From NCBI GenBank assembly GCA_963740655.1, contig CAVUFF010000002.1:17790-81789 (forward strand): 64,000 bases of DNA. The letters are read 5' to 3'. Under the pieces are notes generated by a model, which was not told the origin of the DNA, did not search any database, and was given only the letters and a program-made list of their open reading frames with translations. Made by a program: the position numbers and the translations under genes. How positions within the stretch are numbered: the stretch's first letter is position 1; every line of letters begins with the position of its first letter. This stretch comes from an uncultured Acidobacteriota bacterium (GTDB lineage: Bacteria > Acidobacteriota > Vicinamibacteria > Fen-336). This document shows positions 45,379 through 55,051 of the stretch, piece after piece.

Positions 45379-46821
45379 TCAGTCGAGCTTCTTCAGGATC
45401 TCCGGGTCCTTCTCGTCCTGCGCGAGCAGCGAGTGGCAGAGACCGCAGTCCTGCGAGACGGTCTTGCCGTCCGCGGCCTTGTGCTGCTCGTCGTGGCAGC
45501 GGAAGCAGCCGACCTCGGCGTTCATGTCCGGGTGGCCGAGGTGGTTCGGGTAGCTGCCCCACTTCACGTTCATCGCCGGGAACACGTTCCACGCCCAGAT
45601 GTCGCCGAGCGCGCGGCCCGCGGCGGCCACCTGGTCCTTCTTCTCCGCGGCGAGCTTGGGGTAGGAGGCCGCGTAGAAGCCGGTGATCGCCTTCGCGATC
45701 CCGGCGCGCGCCGCCTCGTGGCTCGGGTAGTCGGCGAGGAGCGCCTGCAGCCCCTCGCGGCGGACGAACGGCAGCGTGGGATCGATGCGGCGGTCGACGA
45801 GCGCGGCGTCGAGCTCGCCCGCGGGCTCGCGGTAGACGTGGGTCGGACGGTTGTGGCAGTCGACGCAGTCCATCGTGCGCCACTCGGCCGCGGGCGCGCC
45901 GGCAGGCGGCTCGACCGGCCCCTTGTAGCGGTGGACGGTGCCGTCCTTCGCGGCCATCTCGATCTCGTAGACCGTCTGGCGCCTGGAGTCGGCGCGGTAG
46001 CGCACGACGTGGTCGGGATCGACGTGCCAGTGGATGCCTTGGCTGCGGCCGGCCTGGTGGCCGCCGACCTTCACGACCAGCACGGTCTTCGTCTCCGTGT
46101 TCGCCTCGTCCTCGGAGAAGTGCGTGTTGACCTTGAAGCGGTCGCCCACGAACTTGTTCGGCCAGTGGCACTGCTCGCAGGTCTCGCGCGCGGGCCGCAG
46201 GCTGTGGACCGGCGTCGCGATCGGGCGCGGGTAGAGGTTGAACGCCACCGACACGAGCTGCCACGAGCCGGAGATCTTCGACTTCACGAACCAGTTGGCG
46301 CCCTCGCCGATGTGGCACTCGACGCACTTGACGCGCGCGTGGGGCGAGCGCTTGTAGGTCGTGTACTCGGGCTCCATCACGGTGTGGCAGGCGGCGCCGC
46401 AGAACGGCGTCGACTCCATCACCTCGACGCCCTTGTAGGTCGCCGTCGCGAGGATCACGACGTTGACGACCGACAGCAGCAGGAACACCAGCACGTTGCG
46501 GCGCACGCGATCGACGTTCAGGTCCCAGACCGGCAGCACTTCGTCCGCGTCGCCGCCGGCTGCGAGCGCGCGGCGGTGACGGACCCGCTCGCGCCACAGC
46601 CCGAGCGGGATCAGGACCAGCCCGAGCAGGAACAGGCCAGGAATGATCAGGAACGCGAGGATCCCGGCATACGGCCCGCCGTGGTAGCCGACGAGGTCGA
46701 GCGCGAACAGCGTGAGGAAGAGCACCGCGCTCACCGTCGTGAGGACGGCGCCCGCCATTCCGAAGACGTTGCGAGTGATGTGCGCGAGGAAGCGGGTGAA
46801 CGCACCGACGACGTTCTTCAT
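45379..46821 (-). CDS. Membrane-anchored hexahaem c-type cytochrome (NapC/NirT-family-like)
   Basis: N-terminal TM helices. Six CxxCH motifs: CGAACH, CVECH, CEQCH, CVDCH, CFRCH, CGLCH. Confidence 0.85.
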   Translation of the reverse strand: MKNVVGAFTRFLAHITRNVFGMAGAVLTTVSAVLFLTLFALDLVGYHGGPYAGILAFLIIPGLFLLGLVLIPLGLWRERVRHRRALAAGGDADEVLPVWDLNVDRVRRNVLVFLLLSVVNVVILATATYKGVEVMESTPFCGAACHTVMEPEYTTYKRSPHARVKCVECHIGEGANWFVKSKISGSWQLVSVAFNLYPRPIATPVHSLRPARETCEQCHWPNKFVGDRFKVNTHFSEDEANTETKTVLVVKVGGHQAGRSQGIHWHVDPDHVVRYRADSRRQTVYEIEMAAKDGTVHRYKGPVEPPAGAPAAEWRTMDCVDCHNRPTHVYREPAGELDAALVDRRIDPTLPFVRREGLQALLADYPSHEAARAGIAKAITGFYAASYPKLAAEKKDQVAAAGRALGDIWAWNVFPAMNVKWGSYPNHLGHPDMNAEVGCFRCHDEQHKAADGKTVSQDCGLCHSLLAQDEKDPEILKKLD

Positions 46822-47006
46822 TCGGCTCCTCAGGGCTCCAGTGTGGCTCGCATCCTAGGGCAAGCTCCGTTGCTCGTAAAGCTCGATTCGCCCGACATGG
46901 TCAATTCGCTCTGGCTGCCATGAGCCGTTCGCCTCTTGGCTCGACCCCGGTTCTTTTGGACACTTAACGCCGTTCGGAGCTCTTGGGCGCGGGGATCGGG
47001 GGTGGA

Positions 47007-47489
47007 ATGAATCGTCTCCTGGGGCACAGGGAACACCTCGTTCGCGTCGCGGGGCTTTTCCTGGCCGGCATCGTCTGCTTCGTCGTGCTGCAGGCGCTGC
47101 TGACCCCGGAGGGCTTCGGCCGCTACGGCCACTACCGTGCCGGCGCGCTCGACGACGCGCGCGCCCGCGGGCTCACCTACGCGGGGCGGGCGGCTTGCCT
47201 CGCGTGCCACGCGGACGCCGCCCAAGCGGCGAAGGGAAGCGGGCATGCCGCGGTCCGGTGCGAGGCTTGCCACGGCCCGCTCGCCGCACACGCCGCGGAT
47301 CCCGCGAAGCAGAAGGCGGTGAAGCCCGACTCGAAGGTGCTCTGCGTTCGTTGCCACCAGGCGAGCGTGGCCCGCCCGGTCTCGTTCCCCCAGAAGGACG
47401 CCGCCGAGCACGCGGGGGGCGAGGCCTGCACCACCTGCCACGTCGCGCATCACCCGGCGATGGGCGGGGAGGAGGCGAAGACGCCGTGA
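47007..47489 (+). CDS. Membrane-anchored tetrahaem cytochrome c
   Basis: One TM helix, then CLACH, CEACH, CVRCH, CTTCH. Confidence 0.8.
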   Translation: MNRLLGHREHLVRVAGLFLAGIVCFVVLQALLTPEGFGRYGHYRAGALDDARARGLTYAGRAACLACHADAAQAAKGSGHAAVRCEACHGPLAAHAADPAKQKAVKPDSKVLCVRCHQASVARPVSFPQKDAAEHAGGEACTTCHVAHHPAMGGEEAKTP

Positions 47490-48253
47490 CTGCCGACCGA
47501 CGCGAGTTCCTGGGCCGCGCGACGCACCTCTTGTGGTTGAGCGGCGCGGCGCAACTGGCCTGGAGCGCGGTCGCGCGCGGCGAGCCCGCGGCCGCACCCA
47601 ACTACACCACCACCGACCACTGGTGGGCGATGACGATCGACGTCGAGAAGTGCATCGGCTGCGGCAACTGCGTGCGCGCCTGCAAGGAGGAGAACGACGT
47701 CCTGCGCGAGCCCTTCTACTTCCGCACCTGGGTCGAGCGCTACCACGTCCCGGAGGGCGACGTCGAGCACCCGGAGGTGGACTCGCCGAACGGCGGCTAC
47801 GACGGCTTCCCCGAGAAGTACCGCGCCGGAGACGCTTCGAAGAGCTTCTTCGTGCCGAAGCTCTGCAACCACTGCGCGCACTCGCCCTGCGTGCAGGTGT
47901 GCCCGGTCGGGGCGACCTTCGAGAGCCCCGACGGCGTCGTGCTGGTGGACAAGAGCTACTGCCTCGGCTGCCGCTACTGCGTGCAGGCCTGCCCGTACGG
48001 CTGCCGCTTCATCGACCCGCGCACCAACACCGTCGACAAGTGCATCGCTCTGCTACCACCGCATCACGAAGCGGGCTCACGACCGCCTGCTGCGAGGCCT
48101 GCCCGACCGGGCCCGCGGGTGCTGGGCGACCTCAAGGACCCGAAGGACCCGATCCACGAGTTCCTGCGCACCCACAAGGTGCAGGTCCTGAAGCCGCAGA
48201 TGGCGACAGGCTCGAAGACCTACTACAACGGGCTCGACGGCTCGGTCAGGTAG
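47486..48253 (+). pseudogene. Tat-exported 4Fe-4S ferredoxin-type subunit (NrfC/PsrB/HybA-like) with three closely spaced frameshifts (48044-48118), or assembly indels
   Basis: RREFLGRA Tat motif; CIGCGNCVRACKEEN, CNHCAHSPCVQVCP, CLGCRYCVQACPYG. The 4th cluster DKC..CYHRITK..LTTACCEACPTG..RVLGDLKDP is split over three frames and returns to the original frame. Confidence 0.75.
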
Positions 48254-48258
48254 GCGCT

Positions 48259-49450
48259 ATGGAAACCATCCTGCACGGCGTCGAAGGCTACATGTACCCG
48301 AACGAGGTGGAGCTGCAGTGGAGCATCCTGATCGTGCTCTACCCGTACATCACCGGCCTGGTAGCCGGCGCCTTCATCCTCGCCTCGCTCGAGCGCGTGT
48401 TCCGCGTCGAGAGCGTGAAGCCGACCTACCGGCTGGCGCTGCTCACGGCGCTCGCGTTCCTGCTCGTCGCGCCGCTGCCGCTGCAGCTGCACCTCGGGCA
48501 TCCCGAGCGCTCCTTGGAGATGTACCTCACGCCACACACGTCGTCGGCGATGGCGATGTTCGGATTCGTCTACCTCTGGTACCTGATGGCGGTGCTGCTG
48601 CTCGAGATCTGGCTGGAGTACCGCAAGGACATCGTGCTGCTCGCGCGCAGCACGGTCGGGCCTCTGCGCGGCGTCTACCGGGTCCTCACGCTGGGCTCCG
48701 ACGACGTCAGCGAGGAAGCTCTGCGGGTGGACGAGCGCGCGAGCTGGTTCGTCAGCCTGATCGGCATCCCCTCCGCCTTCCTGCTCCACGGCTACGTGGG
48801 GTTCATCTTCGGCTCGGTCAAGGCCAACCCCTGGTGGTCGACGCCGCTCATGCCGATCGTGTTCCTGTTCTCGGCGATCGTCTCCGGGATCGCGATGGTG
48901 CTGCTGCTCTACATGCTGGCGTGCTGGCTGCGCGGGCACGAGATCGAGATGCCCTGCCTCGACACGATTGGCCGCTACCTGCTGTACGCCTTCATCATCG
49001 ACTTCTCGCTCGAGATGCTCGACCTGCTCCACCGGATCTACGAGGCCGACGAGTCGTTCAAGAGCCTCGACTTCATGGTGCACACCCGGCTCTACACCTC
49101 GCAGGTCATCCTCCAGATCGTGCTGGGGACCGTGCGTGCCCATCGCCCTGCTCGCGCTCACCCAGATCGTGACCCTCACCGAGCGGGCGCGGCGCGGGAT
49201 CTACGTACTCGTCGGCGATCCTGACCCTGATCGGGATCTTCGCCATGCGCTGGAACGTCGTGATCGGCGGTCAGCTCTTCTCGAAGAGCTTCCTCGGCTA
49301 CACCACGCTACAAGATGGGACTTCGCCACCCGGGAGGGCCTGCTGCCGGCGGTGGCGCTCATGGTGCTGCCGTTTGCGATCCTCTGGGGGCTGCTGAGGC
49401 TGCTGCCGCCCTGGGCGGAAGCACGCGAGGCGGAGCAGGCGGCCGGGTGA
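48259..49450 (+). pseudogene. NrfD/PsrC-family integral membrane quinone-interacting subunit, about 3 frameshifts in the last 320 nt, or assembly indels
   Basis: METILHGVEGYMYPNEVELQWSILIVLYPYITGLVAGAF.. is intact to ..LQIVLGTV. Then VPIALLALTQIVTLTERARRGIYVLVG, ILTLIGIFAMRWNVVIGGQLFSKSFLGYTT and DFATREGLLPAVALMVLPF.. lie in alternating frames. Confidence 0.75.
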
Positions 49451-49911
49451 GCGACACGGGCACCGTGCAAGTCGGGCAGGACCGCAGGGCGGTCCTCGAC
49501 TGGCTGCTCGGGCTCTCGGCGGTCGGAGCGATGCTCGCGATCGTCTACCCCGTCTTCCACTTCGTCTTCCCGCCGCCGCGCCCCCGCGGCAAGAGCAAGG
49601 GGGCGGTGCTGGCCGCTCGCGTGGACCAGATGCCCGCCGGCAGTGGCCTGGTGTTCCCGCTCGGCTCGAAGCCGGCGATCCTGATCCACACCCCGGATGG
49701 CAAGTGGCGGGCGTTCTCCGCGCGCTGCACGCACCTCTCCTGCACGGTGCGCTACCGCCAGGACCTCGGTCTCATGTGGTGCCCCTGTCATGACGGGCGG
49801 TTCGACCTGACCGGGAAGAACGTCGCCGGCCCACCGCCGCGGCCGCTGCCTGAGCACATGGTGGTCCTCAAGGGAAACGAGGTCTACGTGGCAGAGGCGG
49901 AGGTGGGATAG
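49447..49911 (+). CDS. Rieske [2Fe-2S] protein (cytochrome bc/b6f-type)
   Basis: GTGA overlap with the previous gene. TM helix, then ..FSARCTHLSCTVRY....WCPCHDGRFDLTGKNVAGPPPRPL. Confidence 0.9.
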   Translation: MSDTGTVQVGQDRRAVLDWLLGLSAVGAMLAIVYPVFHFVFPPPRPRGKSKGAVLAARVDQMPAGSGLVFPLGSKPAILIHTPDGKWRAFSARCTHLSCTVRYRQDLGLMWCPCHDGRFDLTGKNVAGPPPRPLPEHMVVLKGNEVYVAEAEVG

Positions 49912-49917
49912 CGCCCC

Positions 49918-50994
49918 ATGGGAATGGCGAGGACGACACTCGCGGGGCTGGGGGCCTGGCTCGACGAGCGCGTCGGCCTCGAAGCGCTCCGCCACCTGGC
50001 CGAGGTCAAGGTCGTCCCGCGCCACCGCTTCTCGGTCTTCTACTACCTGGGGGGCCTCGCCCTCTTCCTGTTCCTGATCCAGCTCGGAACGGGCCTGCTG
50101 CTCCTCCTCTATTACGAGCCCGGGACCGCGACCGCCTACGAGAGCGTCAAGCGCATCTCGGGGGAGATCCCCTTCGGCTGGCTCGTGCGCTCGATCCACC
50201 GCTGGTCGGCGGACATCTTCATCGGGGTCGTGGCGCTGCACATGCTCACGGCGTTTGTGATGAAAGCCTACCGGCGTCCGCGCGAGCTGACGTGGCTCAC
50301 CGGCGCGGCCATGCTCGGGATAGCGCTCGGCTTTGGTTTCTCGGGCTACCTGCTGCCGTGGGACGAGATCGCCTTCTTCGCCACCTCGGTGGGAACGGCC
50401 GTCGCGGGCTCCGTTCCCGTCGCGGGCCAGGCGCTGCTCTCACTGATGCGCGGCGGCGAGGACGTGACCGGCGCGACGCTCGCCCGCTTCTTCGCGCTCC
50501 ACGTGGTCGTGTTGCCCTTCGCCGCGCTCGCGGTGCTGGGCGCCCACCTGCTGCTCGTGCAGCGCCACGGCATGAGCATTCCGCCGGGCGTGCCGGAGAG
50601 CGGGCCGCCACGCCGCTTCGTCCCCGACTTCCTGCTCCACGATCTCGTGGGATGGACGCTCGCGCTCGCTCTGCTCGCAGCACTCGCCGCGCTCGTCCCG
50701 GCCGAGCTCGGGTCGAAAGCCAACCCGTTCGCCTCGGCGCCGCCCGGCATCAAGCCCGAGTGGTACTTCTACGCGCCGTTTCAGCAGCTCAAGCTGATCC
50801 CGTCCCACGTGGGGCCGATCGAGGGCGAAGCCCTGGGAGCGCTCGGCTTCATGCTGCTCGGCCTCGTCTTTGCCTTCGTTCCCTTCCTCGACCGTCGAGC
50901 GGCGCGTGGCGAACGCAGCCCGGCGTTCACGCTCGCCGGGCTTCTCGTCTTCGCGTACTTCGCGGTGCTCACATGCTACGTCTGGCTGCACTGA
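49918..50994 (+). CDS. Cytochrome b (fused b6 and subunit-IV-like)
   Basis: ..FYYLGGLALFLFLIQLGTGLLLLLYYEP....SIHRWSADIFIGVVALHML....GYLLPWD....FFALHVVVLPF...PEWYFYAPFQ. Confidence 0.9.
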   Translation: MGMARTTLAGLGAWLDERVGLEALRHLAEVKVVPRHRFSVFYYLGGLALFLFLIQLGTGLLLLLYYEPGTATAYESVKRISGEIPFGWLVRSIHRWSADIFIGVVALHMLTAFVMKAYRRPRELTWLTGAAMLGIALGFGFSGYLLPWDEIAFFATSVGTAVAGSVPVAGQALLSLMRGGEDVTGATLARFFALHVVVLPFAALAVLGAHLLLVQRHGMSIPPGVPESGPPRRFVPDFLLHDLVGWTLALALLAALAALVPAELGSKANPFASAPPGIKPEWYFYAPFQQLKLIPSHVGPIEGEALGALGFMLLGLVFAFVPFLDRRAARGERSPAFTLAGLLVFAYFAVLTCYVWLH

Positions 50995-52226
50995 TCCTCG
51001 CGGTCTCGACGCTCCGCGCCGCGCCCGCGACGAGCGCGCCCGCCCCGGCTGGGCCCGCGGCGAAGAACACTTGTGTGGACTGCCACGGCGACCTGCTCGA
51101 AGAGGCGGGCCTCGACGTCCATCGCCGCGCGGGGCTCTCGTGCGTGAACTGCCACGGCGGCGACCCGACAGCCGAGGATCCGGAGCGTGCCAAGAGCCGG
51201 AGCAAGGGCTTCGTGGGGAAGCCCAAGGGCTGGGCGGTGGCGCAGATGTGCGGGAGCTGCCACTCGGACATCGAGCGCATGCGCGTGATCAACCCGCGGC
51301 TTCCCACCGACCAGCTCGCCCAGTACCGCACCAGCGAGCACGGCAAGCGCGCGCAGAAGGGCAACGAGCGCGTGGCGACCTGCGCCAGCTGCCACGGCTT
51401 CCACGGGATCCGCCCGGTCTCCGACCCTGGCTCGCCCGCGAACAAGACGCGGATCGTCGGGACCTGCACGGGCTGCCACAACCCCGAGTACATGAAAGGC
51501 GTCGGGATCCCCACCGACCAGCTCGAGCGCTACAAGCGCAGCGTGCACGGGAAGAAGCGGCTGGAAGAGCGCGACCTCGCCGCGCCCGCCTGCACCGACT
51601 GCCACGGCAACCACGGCGCCGCCCCGCCCGGGGTCTACGCGGTGACCCACGTCTGCGGCAAGTGCCACGTGACGCAGGCGGAGCTGTTCGGGGCCTCGAG
51701 CCACGCGACCTATTTCCGGGACGGCGGCATGGCGCCCTGCACGACCTGCCACGACCACCACGAGATCCTTCCGACGAGCGACGAGATGCTTGGAATCGGG
51801 CCGCGGGGCGTGTGCGCGACGTGTCACTCGCCGGGAGACCGCTGTGATCAGGCCACCACCGCGATGCGGCAGGGGCTCGTTTCGCTCGCCGCCGGCGCCG
51901 ACAAGGCGCGCGCCGCGCTCGCCCACGCCGAGCGCCTCGGGATGGACGTCGAGCGGCCCACCTACGAGCTCTCCGGCGCCGCTGACGCTCTCGTGCGCGC
52001 CCGTGTGGTCGTGCACACCTTCTCCGCCGACGAGTTCGGGAAGGTGATCAACGAAGGACAGTCGATCGCGGCCGAGGTCGACAAGGCGGCACAGGCCCGG
52101 CTCGGGGAGTACCGCTACCGCCGCGAGGGCCTCGCCGTCGCGTCTGTGGTGCTGCTGGCGTTCGCCGGGCTGCTCGCGCTCAAGGCGCGGCGCCTGGACG
52201 CAGCGCGCCGGCGCAGCGGCGGCTGA
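50973..52226 (+). CDS. Nonahaem c-type cytochrome with C-terminal TM anchor
   Basis: Signal peptide. Nine CxxCH motifs (CVDCH, CVNCH, CGSCH, CASCH, CTGCH, CTDCH, CGKCH, CTTCH, CATCH). Overlaps the cytochrome b 3' end by 22 nt. Confidence 0.85.
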   Translation: MLRLAALILAVSTLRAAPATSAPAPAGPAAKNTCVDCHGDLLEEAGLDVHRRAGLSCVNCHGGDPTAEDPERAKSRSKGFVGKPKGWAVAQMCGSCHSDIERMRVINPRLPTDQLAQYRTSEHGKRAQKGNERVATCASCHGFHGIRPVSDPGSPANKTRIVGTCTGCHNPEYMKGVGIPTDQLERYKRSVHGKKRLEERDLAAPACTDCHGNHGAAPPGVYAVTHVCGKCHVTQAELFGASSHATYFRDGGMAPCTTCHDHHEILPTSDEMLGIGPRGVCATCHSPGDRCDQATTAMRQGLVSLAAGADKARAALAHAERLGMDVERPTYELSGAADALVRARVVVHTFSADEFGKVINEGQSIAAEVDKAAQARLGEYRYRREGLAVASVVLLAFAGLLALKARRLDAARRRSGG

Positions 52227-52239
52227 GGGAGCTGCGCTC

Positions 52240-53934
52240 GTGGTCGAGCTCCAGGAACCGCTGCAGTCTGCGGTCGAGGAGCTCACGGAGCGGCTGCGAC
52301 GGCTCGAGCAGCGGGTGGCGGAGCTCGAGGCCCGCCGGTCTTCTGCGGCCGCCAGCGTCGAGGAGGATGTCCCGCCCCTTCCGTCCCTGCCTCGCGGCGC
52401 TGTCGCCTTTCTCGGCCGGACGCTGCTCGTCCTCGCCGGGGCCTACCTGATCCGGGCGTTGACCGACGGCCACGTGCTGCCCGCGACCGTCGGCTTGACG
52501 CTGGGCCTCGTGTACGCCGCCGTCTGGCAGCTGGTGGCCGACCGCGAGGCGCGACTCGGGCGGCGCGACAGCGCGGCGTTCCACGACCTCGCGAGCAGCC
52601 TGATCGCGTTCGCCCTGATCTGGGAGACCGCGACCCGCCTGGGCCTGCTGGGGCCGCGGGCCGCCTACGCCGCCCTCGTCGCCTTCTTCACGCTCGGCCT
52701 CGGGGTCGCCGTGCACCGCAAGCTGGTGGTGAACGCCACGCTCACCACGGCGCTCGCGCTCGTGACCGGCGTCGCCCTGCTCGTGTCCGCGCACGACCTG
52801 CTGGCCGCGCTCGGTGCGCTCGCCGCCGTCGCCGTCGTGCTGGAGTGGCTCGCCTTTCGCGACGCCTGGCTGGGCCTGCGCTGGGGCGCGGCGCTCGTAC
52901 TCGACGCCGTGGCCTTGCTGATGATCGCCGTGGTGACGCGGCCGCAGCTGCCCGAGGGCTACGTCCCGCTCTCGCACGGCACGGCGGCGCTCGCCCTGCT
53001 GGCGCTGCCCGCGCTCTACGTCGTGAGCGTGGCCGCTCGCACTCTGCATCACGGCCGCCCGGTGACCTTCTTCGAGGCCGCGCAGGGCACGGTCGCGGTG
53101 CTGCTCGGCTTCGGTGGCGCCCTCCGGGTCCTGACCGCCGAGGGCGGCCACGCCCCGGCGCCCGGCGCGCTCGCAGCGTTGCTGGGAGCGCTCTGCTACG
53201 CGGTCGCTTTCGCGCACGCGGAGCGCCGGCCGGGGCAGGGTCGCAACTTCTACTTCTACGCGACCGCAGGCGGGCTGCTGCTTCTGGGCGGCACGCTCGC
53301 ACTCGGGCTCGGGTCCGCGCTGCCGCTGGTGTGGCTTGGCCTGGGCGCCGCGGGGGTCGGGCTCGGGCGCCGCTTCGAGCGCACGACGCTGGGCGTGCAT
53401 GGCGCGCTGTACTTGGGGGCCGCCGCGCTCGGGACGGGCCTCGTCGCGGCGGGCGCCTTGGCGCTCGTCGGCCTGCCAGCTCGGGGGCTGACGGGTGTGG
53501 CCTGGGTGGCCGCCGCGGTGGCAGCGCTGGCCTGGGCGCTGCTCATCAGCGAGCGCGGTGCCAGGTCGCCCGAGGGAGCCCGGTTCCCGCGGTTGTTGCT
53601 GGCCCTCGTCTCGGTGCTCTCGCTCGCCGCTGCGATCCATGCGGGGATCGCCTCGGCACTCGGTCGCCCCCTCGCGGCAGACCCGGGCGCCCAGGCGGTC
53701 GCGTGCTCCGCGGTGCTGGTCGGCCTGGTCATCGGTCTCGCATGGCTCGTTTCGCGCGGCATGCCGGAGCTCGTCTGGCTGGTCTACCCGCTCGCGGCCG
53801 TCGGGGGCTTGAAGCTCCTGCTGCAGGACGTCCGCCAAGGGCGGTCGGCGACGTTGGTGCTGAGCCTCGCCCTCTACGGAGCGCTCCTGGTCCTGCTCCC
53901 GAGGCTGCTGCGGACTCGCGAACGGCCCGGTTGA
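52240..53934 (+). CDS. Large polytopic membrane protein with N-terminal coiled coil (DUF2339-like)
   Basis: 564 aa; LTERLRRLEQRVAELEARR, then more than 12 hydrophobic helices. Family call is from memory. Confidence 0.6.
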   Translation: MVELQEPLQSAVEELTERLRRLEQRVAELEARRSSAAASVEEDVPPLPSLPRGAVAFLGRTLLVLAGAYLIRALTDGHVLPATVGLTLGLVYAAVWQLVADREARLGRRDSAAFHDLASSLIAFALIWETATRLGLLGPRAAYAALVAFFTLGLGVAVHRKLVVNATLTTALALVTGVALLVSAHDLLAALGALAAVAVVLEWLAFRDAWLGLRWGAALVLDAVALLMIAVVTRPQLPEGYVPLSHGTAALALLALPALYVVSVAARTLHHGRPVTFFEAAQGTVAVLLGFGGALRVLTAEGGHAPAPGALAALLGALCYAVAFAHAERRPGQGRNFYFYATAGGLLLLGGTLALGLGSALPLVWLGLGAAGVGLGRRFERTTLGVHGALYLGAAALGTGLVAAGALALVGLPARGLTGVAWVAAAVAALAWALLISERGARSPEGARFPRLLLALVSVLSLAAAIHAGIASALGRPLAADPGAQAVACSAVLVGLVIGLAWLVSRGMPELVWLVYPLAAVGGLKLLLQDVRQGRSATLVLSLALYGALLVLLPRLLRTRERPG

Positions 53935-53959
53935 TACACTCCCAGCGGAGCGTCTGCTG

Positions 53960-55042
53960 ATGCGAGTGTCCGAACGCGTGGTGACGCTCGCGCTTGCGGC
54001 GGTCTCCTCGGCGTGGACGGCGGGCGTCGCCGCGGCCGCGCCGGCCGCACCGCCCGTCGCCGTCGTCTTCTCGGGTCCGACGATGGGCAGCCGCTACACC
54101 GTGCGCGTGGTGATGGCGGGGGGCGACGAGGCCGCCGACGAGAAGGTGCGCGCCGCGATCGAGCGCGAGCTGACGCTCGTGGACCAGCTGCTGTCCGGCT
54201 GGAACCCGCGCTCGGAGATCTCCCGCCTGAACGCGCACGCCTCGACCGCGCCCTTCCCGGTCTCCGCGGCCACGCTCGAGGCGCTCCAGCTCTGCCGGCG
54301 GGCGAGCGACGCGAGCTGGGGAGCGTTCGACGTCACCGTGCAGCCGCTCGTCCTGGCCTGGGGCTTCGGCCCGGGAGGCGGCACGCACCGCGTCCCCGGC
54401 GACGACGAGCTCGCGACGCTTCGCGCCCGCGTCGGTTACCGCATGCTCGCCCTCGACCCCGAGCGGGCCGAGGTCAGCAAGGCGCGGGCCGACCTCGCCT
54501 GCGACCTCACGTCGATCGGCGACGGCTGGGCGGCGGACCGGATCGCGAGCGCCATCGTGGCGCTCGGGCACCATGACGTCCTGGTGGACGTGGCCGGCGA
54601 GGTGGCGACGCGGGGCCGGCGCGCGGACGGCGGGCGTTGGCGGGTGGCGGTCGAGTGGCCAGACGGATCGCCCGAGCGCACGCTGCTGCTCGAGCTCGCG
54701 GACGAGGGCGTCTCGACCTCGGGTGACTACCGCAAGTCCTGGACCGACGCCCAGGGACGGCGCCGGAGCCACATCATCGACCCGCGCAGCGGCCGCCCGA
54801 TCGAGCACGGGCTCGCGTCCGTCAGCGTCGTCCACCGGGACCTCGCGTGGGCCGACGCGCTGTCGACCGCGCTCATGGTGCTCGAGCCCGAGGCGGGCCG
54901 CGCGCTGGCGGTCCGCGAGCGGCTGGCCGCGCGCTTCGTCAGGCGGCTCCCCGACGGCAGCCTAGCCGAGTGGTCGACGCCCGAGTTCGAGCGTTCGGTG
55001 GCGCAACCGAGCGAGGCTGCGGGCGCGCAGCGCAAGCCGTAG
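53960..55042 (+). CDS. apbE: FAD:protein FMN transferase (ApbE family)
   Basis: ..MGSRYTVRVV....SEISRLN......FDVTVQPLVLAWGFG....DLTSIGDGWAADRIA....VSTSGDYRK.......HIIDPRSGRP. Confidence 0.85.
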   Translation: MRVSERVVTLALAAVSSAWTAGVAAAAPAAPPVAVVFSGPTMGSRYTVRVVMAGGDEAADEKVRAAIERELTLVDQLLSGWNPRSEISRLNAHASTAPFPVSAATLEALQLCRRASDASWGAFDVTVQPLVLAWGFGPGGGTHRVPGDDELATLRARVGYRMLALDPERAEVSKARADLACDLTSIGDGWAADRIASAIVALGHHDVLVDVAGEVATRGRRADGGRWRVAVEWPDGSPERTLLLELADEGVSTSGDYRKSWTDAQGRRRSHIIDPRSGRPIEHGLASVSVVHRDLAWADALSTALMVLEPEAGRALAVRERLAARFVRRLPDGSLAEWSTPEFERSVAQPSEAAGAQRKP

Positions 55043-55051
55043 CTTTTCGGT

